Assembly: GCA_035693525.1 (NCBI GenBank)
Contig: DASSGL010000218.1
Span: forward strand, 1 to 33,148
Reading direction: 5' to 3'
DNA from: Gaiellaceae bacterium
Lineage (GTDB): Bacteria; Actinomycetota; Thermoleophilia; Gaiellales; Gaiellaceae
DNA: 33,148 bases
The notes under the pieces were generated by a model, which did no database searches, was not told the DNA's origin, and worked only from the letters and a program-made list of their open reading frames with translations. Position numbers and translations under genes: made by a program. Of this stretch, positions 16,414 to 24,658 are shown in pieces (the stretch's first letter is position 1; every line of letters begins with the position of its first letter).

Positions 16414-17340
16414 CTACGTGCGGCCCGGTGCGACCGGATGCCAGAGTCGAGCCACGAGCCCGACCGTCCAGGCGAAGACGCAGGCGGCGACGGTGACGTG
16501 GATCAGGACGAGCCACCACGGCAACCCGTTCCGGTACTGGGTCTCGCCGATCGCCATCTGGAGAGCGAGCAGGCCGAGAAGGCCGGCGCAGCCGCGGAGG
16601 AGCCATGGATACCGCGCACGCTCGCGCCACGCCCAAACTGCAAGCAGGACGAAGACGATGCCGAATGCGGCGGTGGCGCGGACGTGCACCGCGATCGAGG
16701 GCTGGAACGAGCCGACGCGGCGAACGCTAGTGCTGCCCGGATGCGGCCCGGCGGCTGTCGCGAGCGTGCCGGTGACGACGAGTGCGCTCACCGCGGCGAG
16801 CAGAACGGCGCCGCCGGTGCGCGCGAGCGCCGGCAGCTCCGGCGCACGACCGCGTGCCACGCGGGTCGCCTCGAGCAGCACGAGCACGCCCAGCCCGAGC
16901 ACCACGAGCGAGAGCAGCAGATGCGTGATGACGAGATAGGGATTGAGGTCGTAGTACACGGTGATCGCGCCGAGCGGCGCCTGCGCCAGCGTGCCCACGA
17001 ACACCGCCCAAGCGAGGACCTTCACGCCGCGAGAGAGGGCACGGGTGACGAGCGCGCCGAGAGCCAGCACGAACGTCGCGAGCACGGTGAGCGTCGCGAC
17101 GACGCGATTCGAGAACTCGACGTCCGAATGGAAGCCGCGCGCCGGCAGGAATTCGTTCGGTTGGCACCCGGGCCAGTGATGGCAGCCGAGGCCGGAGCCC
17201 GTGAGGCGCACCGTGGCGCCGGTGGCGACGATCAGGATCAGCCACGCAACCGTCCAACCGGCGACCGAGCGGAAGCGCGCCGGCGAAAGCGCAAGCGACT
17301 GGCGGCGGGAGAGAGCGGTCGAAGCCGACTCGGCGTTCAC
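16414..17340 (-). CDS. ctaA: Heme A synthase (COX15/CtaA family)
   Basis: 308 aa, about 8 TM segments. The N-terminal Cys pair motif RLTGSGLGCHHWPGC and conserved His residues in the TM helices are present. It lies 9 nt upstream of pac2. Confidence 0.8.
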   Translation of the reverse strand: MNAESASTALSRRQSLALSPARFRSVAGWTVAWLILIVATGATVRLTGSGLGCHHWPGCQPNEFLPARGFHSDVEFSNRVVATLTVLATFVLALGALVTRALSRGVKVLAWAVFVGTLAQAPLGAITVYYDLNPYLVITHLLLSLVVLGLGVLVLLEATRVARGRAPELPALARTGGAVLLAAVSALVVTGTLATAAGPHPGSTSVRRVGSFQPSIAVHVRATAAFGIVFVLLAVWAWRERARYPWLLRGCAGLLGLLALQMAIGETQYRNGLPWWLVLIHVTVAACVFAWTVGLVARLWHPVAPGRT

Positions 17341-17356
17341 GGGCAGAGGCTAGCCG

Positions 17357-18370
17357 TCACTCGAAGGCGAGCGTGACGCCCGAGCCACCGACGACGGAGC
17401 CGACCCGTGCCAGGAAGAGCCCGCGGGCTCGGAACTCCGCCTGCAACGAGAGCGCCTTGTCAGAAGGAAGCGAGATGAGCAGACCACCCGCCGTCTGGGC
17501 GTCGTAGCCGAGCGCGAGCAGCTCCTCCGGGGCGCCGTCGGCTTCGATCGGCGCGAACTCGCGGTTCCGCGGGTCGCCGCCGGTGCGGATGCCCGCCCGC
17601 GCGGCCTCGAGCGCTCCACCGAGCGCCGGCAGCTGCTCGAGCACGATCTGGACACCGGAGCGCTCGGCCATCTCGTGCGCATGCCCGAAGAGCCCGAAGC
17701 CGGTGACATCGGTGACCGCGTGCGGCGAAAACGGCCGCAGGACGTTCGCGGCCTCTGCGTTCAGCGTCGTCATCGCCTCGATCGAAGCCGCGAAGTCGCT
17801 GTCGGCCGCAAGCTCCTTGCCGTCGGCCGCCAGCACGAGCCCGGTGCCCAGGGGCTTCGTCAGGAAGAGTGCGTCGCCCGGCCGGGCGCCCGACTTCGGC
17901 CAGATGCCGTCCGGGTGCACGGTGCCGACGACGGCGAGACCGTACTTCGGCTCCTCGTCGCGAATGGTGTGTCCTCCGGCGAGGATGGCGCCGGCCGCGC
18001 GCACCTGCTCGGCGGCCGCGGCGAACACGGAACCGACGACGTCCGTCGGCAGCGACTCCGGGAAGGCGGCGATCGAGAGGGCGAGCAACGGCACGCCGCC
18101 CATCGCGAAGACGTCGTTGAGCGCGTTCGTCGCGGCGATCCGCCCGAAGACCGCCGGGTCGTCGACGAGTGGCGGGAAGAAGTCGACGGTGAAGACGAGT
18201 GCGCGGTCGTCGTCGAGCTTGTACACCGCGGCGTCGTCGGCAGGCGAGAGGCCGACGAGGAGGTTCTCGGCCTCGACCGGCACGAAACCCTTGAGGAGCT
18301 CCTCCAGGCGGGCGGCCGAGTACTTCGCGGCGCAGCCGCCGCCCGCGGTCAAGCTCGTCAGCGAGGTCAC
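17357..18370 (-). CDS. selD: Selenide, water dikinase (selenophosphate synthetase), Cys-type
   Basis: Track ORF 17357..18442. I prefer the GTG at 18370 (VTSLTSLTAGGGCAAKYS...). The glycine-rich active-site loop GGGCAAK has Cys rather than Sec. PurM-like motifs DDAAVY, TVDFF, NALNDVFAMGG and GGHT are present. Confidence 0.85.
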   Translation of the reverse strand: MTSLTSLTAGGGCAAKYSAARLEELLKGFVPVEAENLLVGLSPADDAAVYKLDDDRALVFTVDFFPPLVDDPAVFGRIAATNALNDVFAMGGVPLLALSIAAFPESLPTDVVGSVFAAAAEQVRAAGAILAGGHTIRDEEPKYGLAVVGTVHPDGIWPKSGARPGDALFLTKPLGTGLVLAADGKELAADSDFAASIEAMTTLNAEAANVLRPFSPHAVTDVTGFGLFGHAHEMAERSGVQIVLEQLPALGGALEAARAGIRTGGDPRNREFAPIEADGAPEELLALGYDAQTAGGLLISLPSDKALSLQAEFRARGLFLARVGSVVGGSGVTLAFE

Positions 18371-18498
18371 GGGCTCATGGTACGAAGACGGCGGCCGAAG
18401 CCGCCGCCTTCTAGGGGAGAGTGAGGAGCACCAGAGGCACACCTCGGGAGTGGTGTTCGCGGCGCACGTCGCGTTGCCTTCCTGATAAACACACGAAT

Positions 18499-19205
18499 AT
18501 GGATCGCGTTGCGTTGATCACGGGCGGCTCCTCGGGCTCGGGCTCGCGATCGCGCGCATGCTCCGCGAGGAAGGATTCGCGCTCACGCTCGCGTCATGAA
18601 GACGCGAGAGGGTCGAGGCGGCGGCCGAGGAGCTCGGCGCGCACGCCGTCGCCTTTGATGCCGCCGACGGCGCTGCGTGCGAGCGGCTCGTCGCCGAGCA
18701 CGGCGAGCGCTTCGGCCGTCTCGACATGCTCGTCAACTCGGCAGGGATCGGAGTCGCCGGCACTGTGGACCAGCTGTCGCCGAAGCACTTCGACCTCCAG
18801 GTCGGCGTCAACCTGCGCGGGCTCTTCCTCGTCACCCGGGCTTCGATCCCGCTGCTGCGCGAGTCACGCGGCTGGATCGTCAACCTCGCGTCGATCGCCG
18901 GGACGCTGCCAACCCCGGGCCTCGCGACCTACGGCGCGACGAAGGCGGCCGTGATCTCGCTGACACGGTCGTTGAACGAAGAGCTCGACAGCGACGGAGT
19001 GCGCGCGGTCGCCCTCTGCCCTGGGTTCGTCGACACGCCGATGGCCGAATGGTCCGGTCTCGCGAGCGAGGAGATGATCCCGCCGGAGGATTGCGCCGAG
19101 ATCGTGCGGATGCTGCTCCGACTTTCCCCACGCGCACGAGTGCCGCAGATCGTCGTCGAGCGGGCGGGCTCCACGAGCGGCGACGTGCCGCTCGGCGGCG
19201 CCTGA
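18499..19205 (+). pseudogene. Short-chain dehydrogenase/reductase (SDR), disrupted by a 1-nt frameshift and an in-frame TGA
   Basis: Frame 1 from the ATG at 18499 gives MDRVALITGGSSGSG (Rossmann motif) and then degenerates. From 18543 a different frame reads LAIARMLREEGFALTLAS, then TGA (18597-18599), then RRERVEAAAEELGAHAVAFDAAD...MLVNSAGIG...YGATKAAV...LCPGFVDTPM up to the stop at 19205. The junction ggc tcg gg|ctc lacks one base of a Gly codon. Confidence 0.7.
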
Positions 19206-19213
19206 GCGTTCCC

Positions 19214-19342
19214 TTTCTAAGAGATTCCTAAAGGTGTCTGACACCAGGGCATGGCCCGGGAGGACGTGTCGAAGGTCACTGGCACCCCTTTGTTGCCGCG
19301 AACGAAGTGCCACGAGAGTCTGGTGTCTGACACCAGGGCATG
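19214..19342 (-). repeat. Repeat element copy B (~129 nt), inverted relative to copy A
   Basis: See copy A for the end matches. It contains a perfect 17-bp palindrome ctggtgtc-t-gacaccag (19320-19336) and a 13-bp one (19233-19245). It lies between the convergent 3' ends of the SDR pseudogene and the TIGR03118-like gene. Confidence 0.85.
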
Positions 19343-19379
19343 GCCGAGACGTCCGGCGGGAGCCGCGCCGCTCGGGCGC

Positions 19380-20471
19380 TCAGCCGGCCGGCTCGATGGC
19401 GCCGAGGAGGCCGTGGACGGCGACCTCGGTGGCGCCGCGCCAGCGGTGCGGGCCTGCGGCGAAGAAGAGCGTCGTGCGCTGTCCCGCCATGGCGCCGTTG
19501 CCGAATGCGATTCCCCACACGCCCGGCACGACGACCGGCTTGCCGTTCGAGCCGCGCAGCTGACCGCGGAACGCCCAGCCGGCGTCGCGGCGTGCGAACA
19601 CGTCGATCCGCCCACTGCCGAAGTTGGCCACGAGCAGCGAGCCGCCGTGCGAGCCGAAGCCGCGCGGCGCGACGGCCATCCCCCACGGCTGGTCGAGTGG
19701 GCCCATCCGCTCGACGCGCGCGAGGAGCCTGCCGTCGAGATCGAACTCGTCGACGTAACCGCCCGTCGGCGCGTCGTTCCCGTTCACCGGCGCCTTCCAG
19801 GCATAGCTGACGAACACCCGATCGCCTGCGGCCTGGATGCCGAAGGGCGCATACCACTCGGGGATCGCCCGATCGCGGAACGCGCCCTTGCGCAGCACCT
19901 GATGCCAGCCCTCGTCGAAGACGACCACGCGCCCGTTGTGGAAGTCGGTTGCATACAGGCGCTCGTCGCCGTTCGGGAGCGTCGCCAGCGCAAGGCCGCG
20001 GAACACCGCACCGCGCTCGGCCAGGTCGACCCCGATCTCGGCGCTCGTCGACCAGCCGTGCGGGACGACCGGAGACCAGCCGCGGAGCATTCCGTCCTCG
20101 CACGCGTAGATGAAGCGCGCCGGACCGGCCGCGTGCCCGCGCCGGACGACGAACCCGTCGCCCGGGTTGTAGACGACGCCGGTCGGGCCGCCTTCGACGG
20201 TCACCGTCAATGCCTGCTTGTGCCCGTCGCCGGCGTACAGCGTGCTCGTGGCCCGCGCCTCGTTCGCCGTCCACCACGGTCCCGTCGGGCTCGCGGCGAG
20301 GCCCCACGCATTCACGAGCGCGGTGTCGTGCGTGCCGGCGCCGAGACCGCGGTCGGAGACGAGCCGGACCATGTCGAATCCCTCCACCCCGCTCGGCCAC
20401 ACCGCCGCCGCCACGACTCCCGCGGCCGCGACGGCCGCGATCGACGCGCCGACGACCCGGGCTCGCTTCAT
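19380..20471 (-). CDS. TIGR03118-like exported beta-propeller protein
   Basis: Track ORF 19380..20693. The real start is the ATG at 20471 (MKRARVVGASIAAVAAAGVVAAAVW, a signal peptide), which overlaps the upstream stop as ATGA. LVSDRGLGAGTHDTALVNAWGLAASPTGPWWTANEARATSTLY...YATDFHNGRVVVFD...LLVANFGSGRIDVF matches my memory of the TIGR03118 family. Confidence 0.65.
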   Translation of the reverse strand: MKRARVVGASIAAVAAAGVVAAAVWPSGVEGFDMVRLVSDRGLGAGTHDTALVNAWGLAASPTGPWWTANEARATSTLYAGDGHKQALTVTVEGGPTGVVYNPGDGFVVRRGHAAGPARFIYACEDGMLRGWSPVVPHGWSTSAEIGVDLAERGAVFRGLALATLPNGDERLYATDFHNGRVVVFDEGWHQVLRKGAFRDRAIPEWYAPFGIQAAGDRVFVSYAWKAPVNGNDAPTGGYVDEFDLDGRLLARVERMGPLDQPWGMAVAPRGFGSHGGSLLVANFGSGRIDVFARRDAGWAFRGQLRGSNGKPVVVPGVWGIAFGNGAMAGQRTTLFFAAGPHRWRGATEVAVHGLLGAIEPAG

Positions 20472-21544
20472 CGGTGCGGTTGCGGCGTGCCGCTCGCGAC
20501 GCGCGAGCGGATCTCGACCGTGCGTCCGTTCTCGGCCGCACGAAGCACGGCAACGGCCGCCTCGAGCACGTGCAGCCCCAGCTCTCCCGAAGCGCGGTGC
20601 GCCCTGTCGGCGCGCAGCGCTTCGGCGAGGTCGTGCAGCCCGCAGCCGCGAGTCTCTCGCGCACCGTGCGACTCGTATGGAACGAGCTCCCACTCGCCCC
20701 GCGGCGCGCGCACCCGTACCTGCCCTTCGAACGCATTCGCGTCCGGCAGCTCGAGCGTTCCTTCGCTGCCGTGGATCTGCATCCAGCTCACGTACTGGTC
20801 GGTCGCTTCGAAGCTCACGGTCAAGGCCGCGAGCGGTCCACGCTCGAGCTGCAGCGCCGCGACGACGTGCGTGGGGACGTCGACCGAGAACCGCTCGCCC
20901 GCGCGCGGGCCGAAACCGAGCTCGCGTACGCGCGTCGGCGTCGCGGCGAAGCCGGTCGCCGCGGTGTAGGGGCCGAGCAGCGACGCGATCGCGGTCAGGT
21001 AGTACGGCGCGAGGTCGAGCATCGGCCCGCCGCCCTCGCGGTAGAAGATGTCCGCGTTCGGGTGCCAGCTGTCCGGGCCGCCGACGAGCAGCGCGGCCGT
21101 GACGCCGAGCGGCTCGCCGATCGCCCCGCGCGCGAGCAGCTCCCGCCCCGCTTCGTAGGCACCGCCGAGGAACGTGTCGGGGGCGCAGCCGAGCCGCAGG
21201 CCGCGCTCGGTCGCCTCGCGCACGAGGCTGCGCGCGTCGTCGACGGTCGTCGCCAGCGGCTTCTCGGTGTACACGTGCTTCCCCTGCTCGAATGCGGCTC
21301 GCACGACGGCCGCGTGCGCCGAAGGTGGCGTCAGGTTGAGGATCACGTCGACGTCAGGGTCGGCCAACACGTCGTCGACCGGAGCCGTACGCAAGCCGTG
21401 TTGGGCTGCGAATGCCTCTGCGACCACGGCACTCATGTCGGCGCACGCCACGATCTCGAAGCTGTCGAACCCGGCTGCGCCGCGCACGTAGTTGTGGGCG
21501 ATGACGCCGCAGCCGACGACCGCGACCCGCAGCGCGCCGTTCAT
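20468..21544 (-). CDS. Gfo/Idh/MocA family NAD(P)-dependent oxidoreductase
   Basis: The real start is the ATG at 21544 (MNGALRVAVVGCGVIAHNY), an ATGA overlap with the upstream gene. The EKPLA motif is present (HVYTEKPLATT). Confidence 0.8.
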   Translation of the reverse strand: MNGALRVAVVGCGVIAHNYVRGAAGFDSFEIVACADMSAVVAEAFAAQHGLRTAPVDDVLADPDVDVILNLTPPSAHAAVVRAAFEQGKHVYTEKPLATTVDDARSLVREATERGLRLGCAPDTFLGGAYEAGRELLARGAIGEPLGVTAALLVGGPDSWHPNADIFYREGGGPMLDLAPYYLTAIASLLGPYTAATGFAATPTRVRELGFGPRAGERFSVDVPTHVVAALQLERGPLAALTVSFEATDQYVSWMQIHGSEGTLELPDANAFEGQVRVRAPRGEWELVPYESHGARETRGCGLHDLAEALRADRAHRASGELGLHVLEAAVAVLRAAENGRTVEIRSRVASGTPQPHR

Positions 21545-22293
21545 GCGGTGACTCCCATCGCACCGCGGACCGCCGCCAGTGAGCGGCCAACGGCCTCGGA
21601 CGGCGAGCCGTCGATCTCGTCTTGCTCGACGAGCAGCCACTCGACGCCGAGCTCGACCGCAGCCGGCAGCACGCGCTCGAAGCCGACGGCGCCGTCGCCG
21701 ACCGGGCAGAACTCGCGGGTTCCACGCGAGCGCAGGTCCTTGACGTGCACGAGCGGAGACCGGTCACGCATCCGGTGCAGCAGCTCCACCGGATCGGCTC
21801 CTGCCTCCCACGCCCAGCCGAGATCGAGCTCGAACCAGAGAAGCTCCGACGGAAGCCTGCGCAGCTGCTCGAGGACCGAGTCGGCGCCGTCGAGCGGCTG
21901 CACCTCGGCCCAGTGGTTGTGGAAGCCGAAGCGGAGGCCCTGGTCGTACGCGCTCCGGGCGACGGCTTCGATTCGCTCGCATGCCGCGCTAGCCTCGGCC
22001 GCAGTCTGCGGCGGATCGATCCAGCTCAGGACGATTCGGTCGCACCCGAGCACGCTCAGCTCGTGGGCGAGCCGCGGCAGGTCGTTCTCGAGCACCTCGA
22101 GCCCGGCGTGCCGGCCCGCGACCGCAAGCCCCAACTCGTCGAGCCACGCACGAACCGTCGCAGGCTCGTGCCCGTGGAGGTCGAAGAGTTCGACGCCGTC
22201 GTAACCGAGCTCCGCCACCGTGCGGAGCGAGCCTGGGAGATCACGCGCGCACTCGTCGCGGATCGTGTACAGCATGAGGCCGACGCGCGTCAT
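21541..22293 (-). CDS. Sugar phosphate isomerase/epimerase (xylose-isomerase-like TIM barrel)
   Basis: The real start is the ATG at 22293 (MTRVGLMLYTIRDE...), 2 nt after the beta-glucosidase stop. AELGYDGVELF...FGFHNHWAE...HVKD...VEQD pattern. Confidence 0.75.
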   Translation of the reverse strand: MTRVGLMLYTIRDECARDLPGSLRTVAELGYDGVELFDLHGHEPATVRAWLDELGLAVAGRHAGLEVLENDLPRLAHELSVLGCDRIVLSWIDPPQTAAEASAACERIEAVARSAYDQGLRFGFHNHWAEVQPLDGADSVLEQLRRLPSELLWFELDLGWAWEAGADPVELLHRMRDRSPLVHVKDLRSRGTREFCPVGDGAVGFERVLPAAVELGVEWLLVEQDEIDGSPSEAVGRSLAAVRGAMGVTA

Positions 22294-22295
22294 CG

Positions 22296-23636
22296 TCACG
22301 CGGCGAGCGGAGCGAGTCGGGTACTCGAGATGTGCTCGCCGTACCAGTGGAAGCTGTCCTTCGGGACGCGCTCGAGGGTGGGGTAGTCGACGTACACGAT
22401 CCCGAAACGCTTGGAGTAGCCGCGGCTCCACTCGAAGTTGTCCAGGAAGCTCCAGACGAAGTAGCCCAGGATCGGAGCGCCGTCATCGCGGGCGCGCCCG
22501 ACCGCGTCGACGTGGGACTTCAGATAGGCAGTGCGCTCGGGATCGTGGACCGCGCCGTCGTGCACGCGCACGTCGCCGTACGCCGCGCCGTTCTCGGTCA
22601 CGTAGATCGCTCGCGGCTGATACTCCTCGGCGACCCGGACGAGCAGCTTATAGAGCCCGTCGGGGTAGACCTCCCATCCCATGTCCGTCACCTGCGCCTC
22701 CGCGTCGCGCACGAGATGCGGTAGGTCGCCGTTCGTGCTCGCGCGAACGACGAACCGGAAGTAGTTGTTGACGCCGAGAAAGTCGATCGGCGTCGCAATC
22801 GTGTCGAGGTCGCCCTTGCGGACCGGCGGTGCGAAGCGGTCGAGCAGGTCGTCCGGGTACCGGCCGCGGAAGAGCGGATCGAGGAACCAGCGGTTCGCGA
22901 CACCGTCCATCTCGCGCTGGGCGTCGACGTCCGCCGGGGAATCGGAGGCTGCGTCGACGTGCGCGAGGTTCAGCACGATCCCGACTTCCGCGTGCGGCGC
23001 AGCTGAGCGCAGTGCTTGCACCGCCCAGCCGTGAGAGAGAAGCATGTGATGCGCCGCGTGGATCGCGTCGGCCTCGCTCGTGCGACCCGGCGCGTGCTCG
23101 CCCCAAGCGTGACCGAGCCATGCCACCACCCAGGGCTCGTTGTGGGTCACCCAATGCGTGATGCGGTCCCCGAGCCGAGCTGCGACGACCTCGACGTACT
23201 CGACGAATGCCTCGGCGGTCGAGCGCGCGGGCCAACCGCCTGCGTCCTCGAGCGCCTGTGGCGTATCCCAGTGGAACAAGGTCGGGAACGGTGTGATTCC
23301 GGCTTCGAGGAGCGCATCGACGAGGCAGTCGTAGAAATCGAGCCCTCTCTCGTTCACGGCGCCACGACCGTCCGGCAGGATGCGCGGCCAGGCGATCGAG
23401 AAGCGGAAGGCGTCGATCCCGAGCTCGCGCATCAGCGCGATGTCGCCGGGGTAGCGGTGATAGAAGTCGCACGCGACGGCGCCCGTATCGCCGGCCCGAA
23501 CCTTGCCGGGCGTCGCGCTGAAACGATCCCAGACGCTCTCGCCCCGGCCGTCGTCGGCAACGGCGCCCTCGATCTGGTACGCGGCGGTGGCCGCGCCCCA
23601 GACGAAGTCCGGCGGGAACGTGCGTGCGGTCGACAT
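22296..23636 (-). CDS. bglB: GH1 beta-glucosidase
   Basis: The real start is the ATG at 23636, preceded by GAGAGAGGAcaacc. FPPDFVWGAATAAYQIEG, acid/base motif THNEPW, nucleophile motif YVTENGAAY, FVWSFLDNFEW. The 817-aa track ORF is an artificial upstream extension. Confidence 0.9.
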   Translation of the reverse strand: MSTARTFPPDFVWGAATAAYQIEGAVADDGRGESVWDRFSATPGKVRAGDTGAVACDFYHRYPGDIALMRELGIDAFRFSIAWPRILPDGRGAVNERGLDFYDCLVDALLEAGITPFPTLFHWDTPQALEDAGGWPARSTAEAFVEYVEVVAARLGDRITHWVTHNEPWVVAWLGHAWGEHAPGRTSEADAIHAAHHMLLSHGWAVQALRSAAPHAEVGIVLNLAHVDAASDSPADVDAQREMDGVANRWFLDPLFRGRYPDDLLDRFAPPVRKGDLDTIATPIDFLGVNNYFRFVVRASTNGDLPHLVRDAEAQVTDMGWEVYPDGLYKLLVRVAEEYQPRAIYVTENGAAYGDVRVHDGAVHDPERTAYLKSHVDAVGRARDDGAPILGYFVWSFLDNFEWSRGYSKRFGIVYVDYPTLERVPKDSFHWYGEHISSTRLAPLAA

Positions 23637-23650
23637 GGTTGTCCTCTCTC

Positions 23651-24658
23651 TCACGACGCGGTTGCGAAGACGGCAGGGGCGGGAGCATTGACGTGGCAGC
23701 GGGCCGACTGTCCCGGGGCGGCCTCGACGAGCGGCGGCGTCACACGCGAGCAGACGTCGATCGCAAGCGGGCACCGCGCGACGAAGCGGCAGCCCTCGGG
23801 CGGATCGACGGCCGCCGACGCGTGGCCTTTTTGCACCTCGACGCGCTTCGCGGCGAGCCCCGTGCCGGGGTCGGGGACGGCCGAGAGCAGAAGCTGCGTG
23901 TATGGGTGCAGGGGGTTGGCCAGCACCTGCTCGACCGGCCCCTGCTCGACCAGCTGTCCGGCATACATGACGAGGATGTCGTCCGCGACGTACCGCGCGC
24001 TTGCGAGGTCGTGCGTCACGTAGAGGAACGCAATGCGGCGCTCCTCCTTGAGCTTCAGCATCAGGTTCAGGATCCCGATGCGGATCGAGACGTCGAGCAT
24101 GCTCGTCGGCTCGTCCGCGAGCAGCACCGTCGGCTCGACCGCGAGCGTGCGCGCTATCGCGACGCGCTGTCGCTGCCCGCCCGACAGCTGATGCGGATAT
24201 TTCGCAGCGACGTGCTCCGGCGGCACGAGACCGACCGTCCGCAGCAGCTCGTGCACGCGGTTGTCGGTCTCGGCCGGCCGGACGACCTCGTGGATGCGCA
24301 ACGGCCGCTCGACGTGGTGGCGGATCGTCTTCGCCGGGTTCAGCGATCCGAACGGATCCTGGAAGATCATCTGCACCTGCGAGCGGTAGCGGACGATGTC
24401 GCGGCGGCTCCGGTCGCGGGCGACGTCGCGGTCGCCGAAGAGGATCGTGCCGGACGTCGGCGCGTAGAGCCGCACGAGGAGCCGCGCGACGGTGCTCTTG
24501 CCGCTGCCGCTCTCGCCGACGAGCGCGGTCACGCGCCCGCGCCGGAGCGTGAAGCTGACGTCGTCGACCGCGTGCACGTAGCGGCGGCGGCCCCTGACGC
24601 CGGTGCTCACCGGGAACCGCTTGCTCAGCCCACGCACCTCGAGCGCCGCCTCGCTCAT
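23651..24658 (-). CDS. ABC transporter ATP-binding protein, Opp/Dpp F-type
   Basis: Start at the ATG at 24658 ([15 protein letters not shown]), an ATGA overlap with the upstream gene. Walker A GESGSGKST, signature LSGGQRQR, Walker B LLADEPTSMLD, C-terminal oligopeptide-type motif NPLHPYTQLL...GCRFVARCP. Confidence 0.85.
   Translation of the reverse strand: MSEAALEVRGLSKRFPVSTGVRGRRRYVHAVDDVSFTLRRGRVTALVGESGSGKSTVARLLVRLYAPTSGTILFGDRDVARDRSRRDIVRYRSQVQMIFQDPFGSLNPAKTIRHHVERPLRIHEVVRPAETDNRVHELLRTVGLVPPEHVAAKYPHQLSGGQRQRVAIARTLAVEPTVLLADEPTSMLDVSIRIGILNLMLKLKEERRIAFLYVTHDLASARYVADDILVMYAGQLVEQGPVEQVLANPLHPYTQLLLSAVPDPGTGLAAKRVEVQKGHASAAVDPPEGCRFVARCPLAIDVCSRVTPPLVEAAPGQSARCHVNAPAPAVFATAS

Noticed and set aside
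18389-18406. The hairpin cggcggc-cgaa-gccgccg in the selD/SDR divergent region, read as a terminator.
   Set aside because: No gene ends next to it on either strand. It lies in 5' regions of divergent genes and is short, so it may be incidental GC-rich self-complementarity or a 5'-UTR structure.
18597-18599. The in-frame TGA in the SDR gene read as selenocysteine, because selD is adjacent.
   Set aside because: The codon replaces a non-catalytic, usually Arg, position. The gene also has a frameshift in its Rossmann motif. I saw no convincing SECIS hairpin directly downstream and no selA/selB/tRNA-Sec in the window. It is kept only as an alternative to exclude.
12049-19342. The inverted repeats read as ends of a composite transposon, prophage or genomic island.
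   Set aside because: There is no transposase, integrase or recombinase gene, no tRNA gene and no target-site duplication. The enclosed genes are housekeeping-like and have the same composition as their surroundings.
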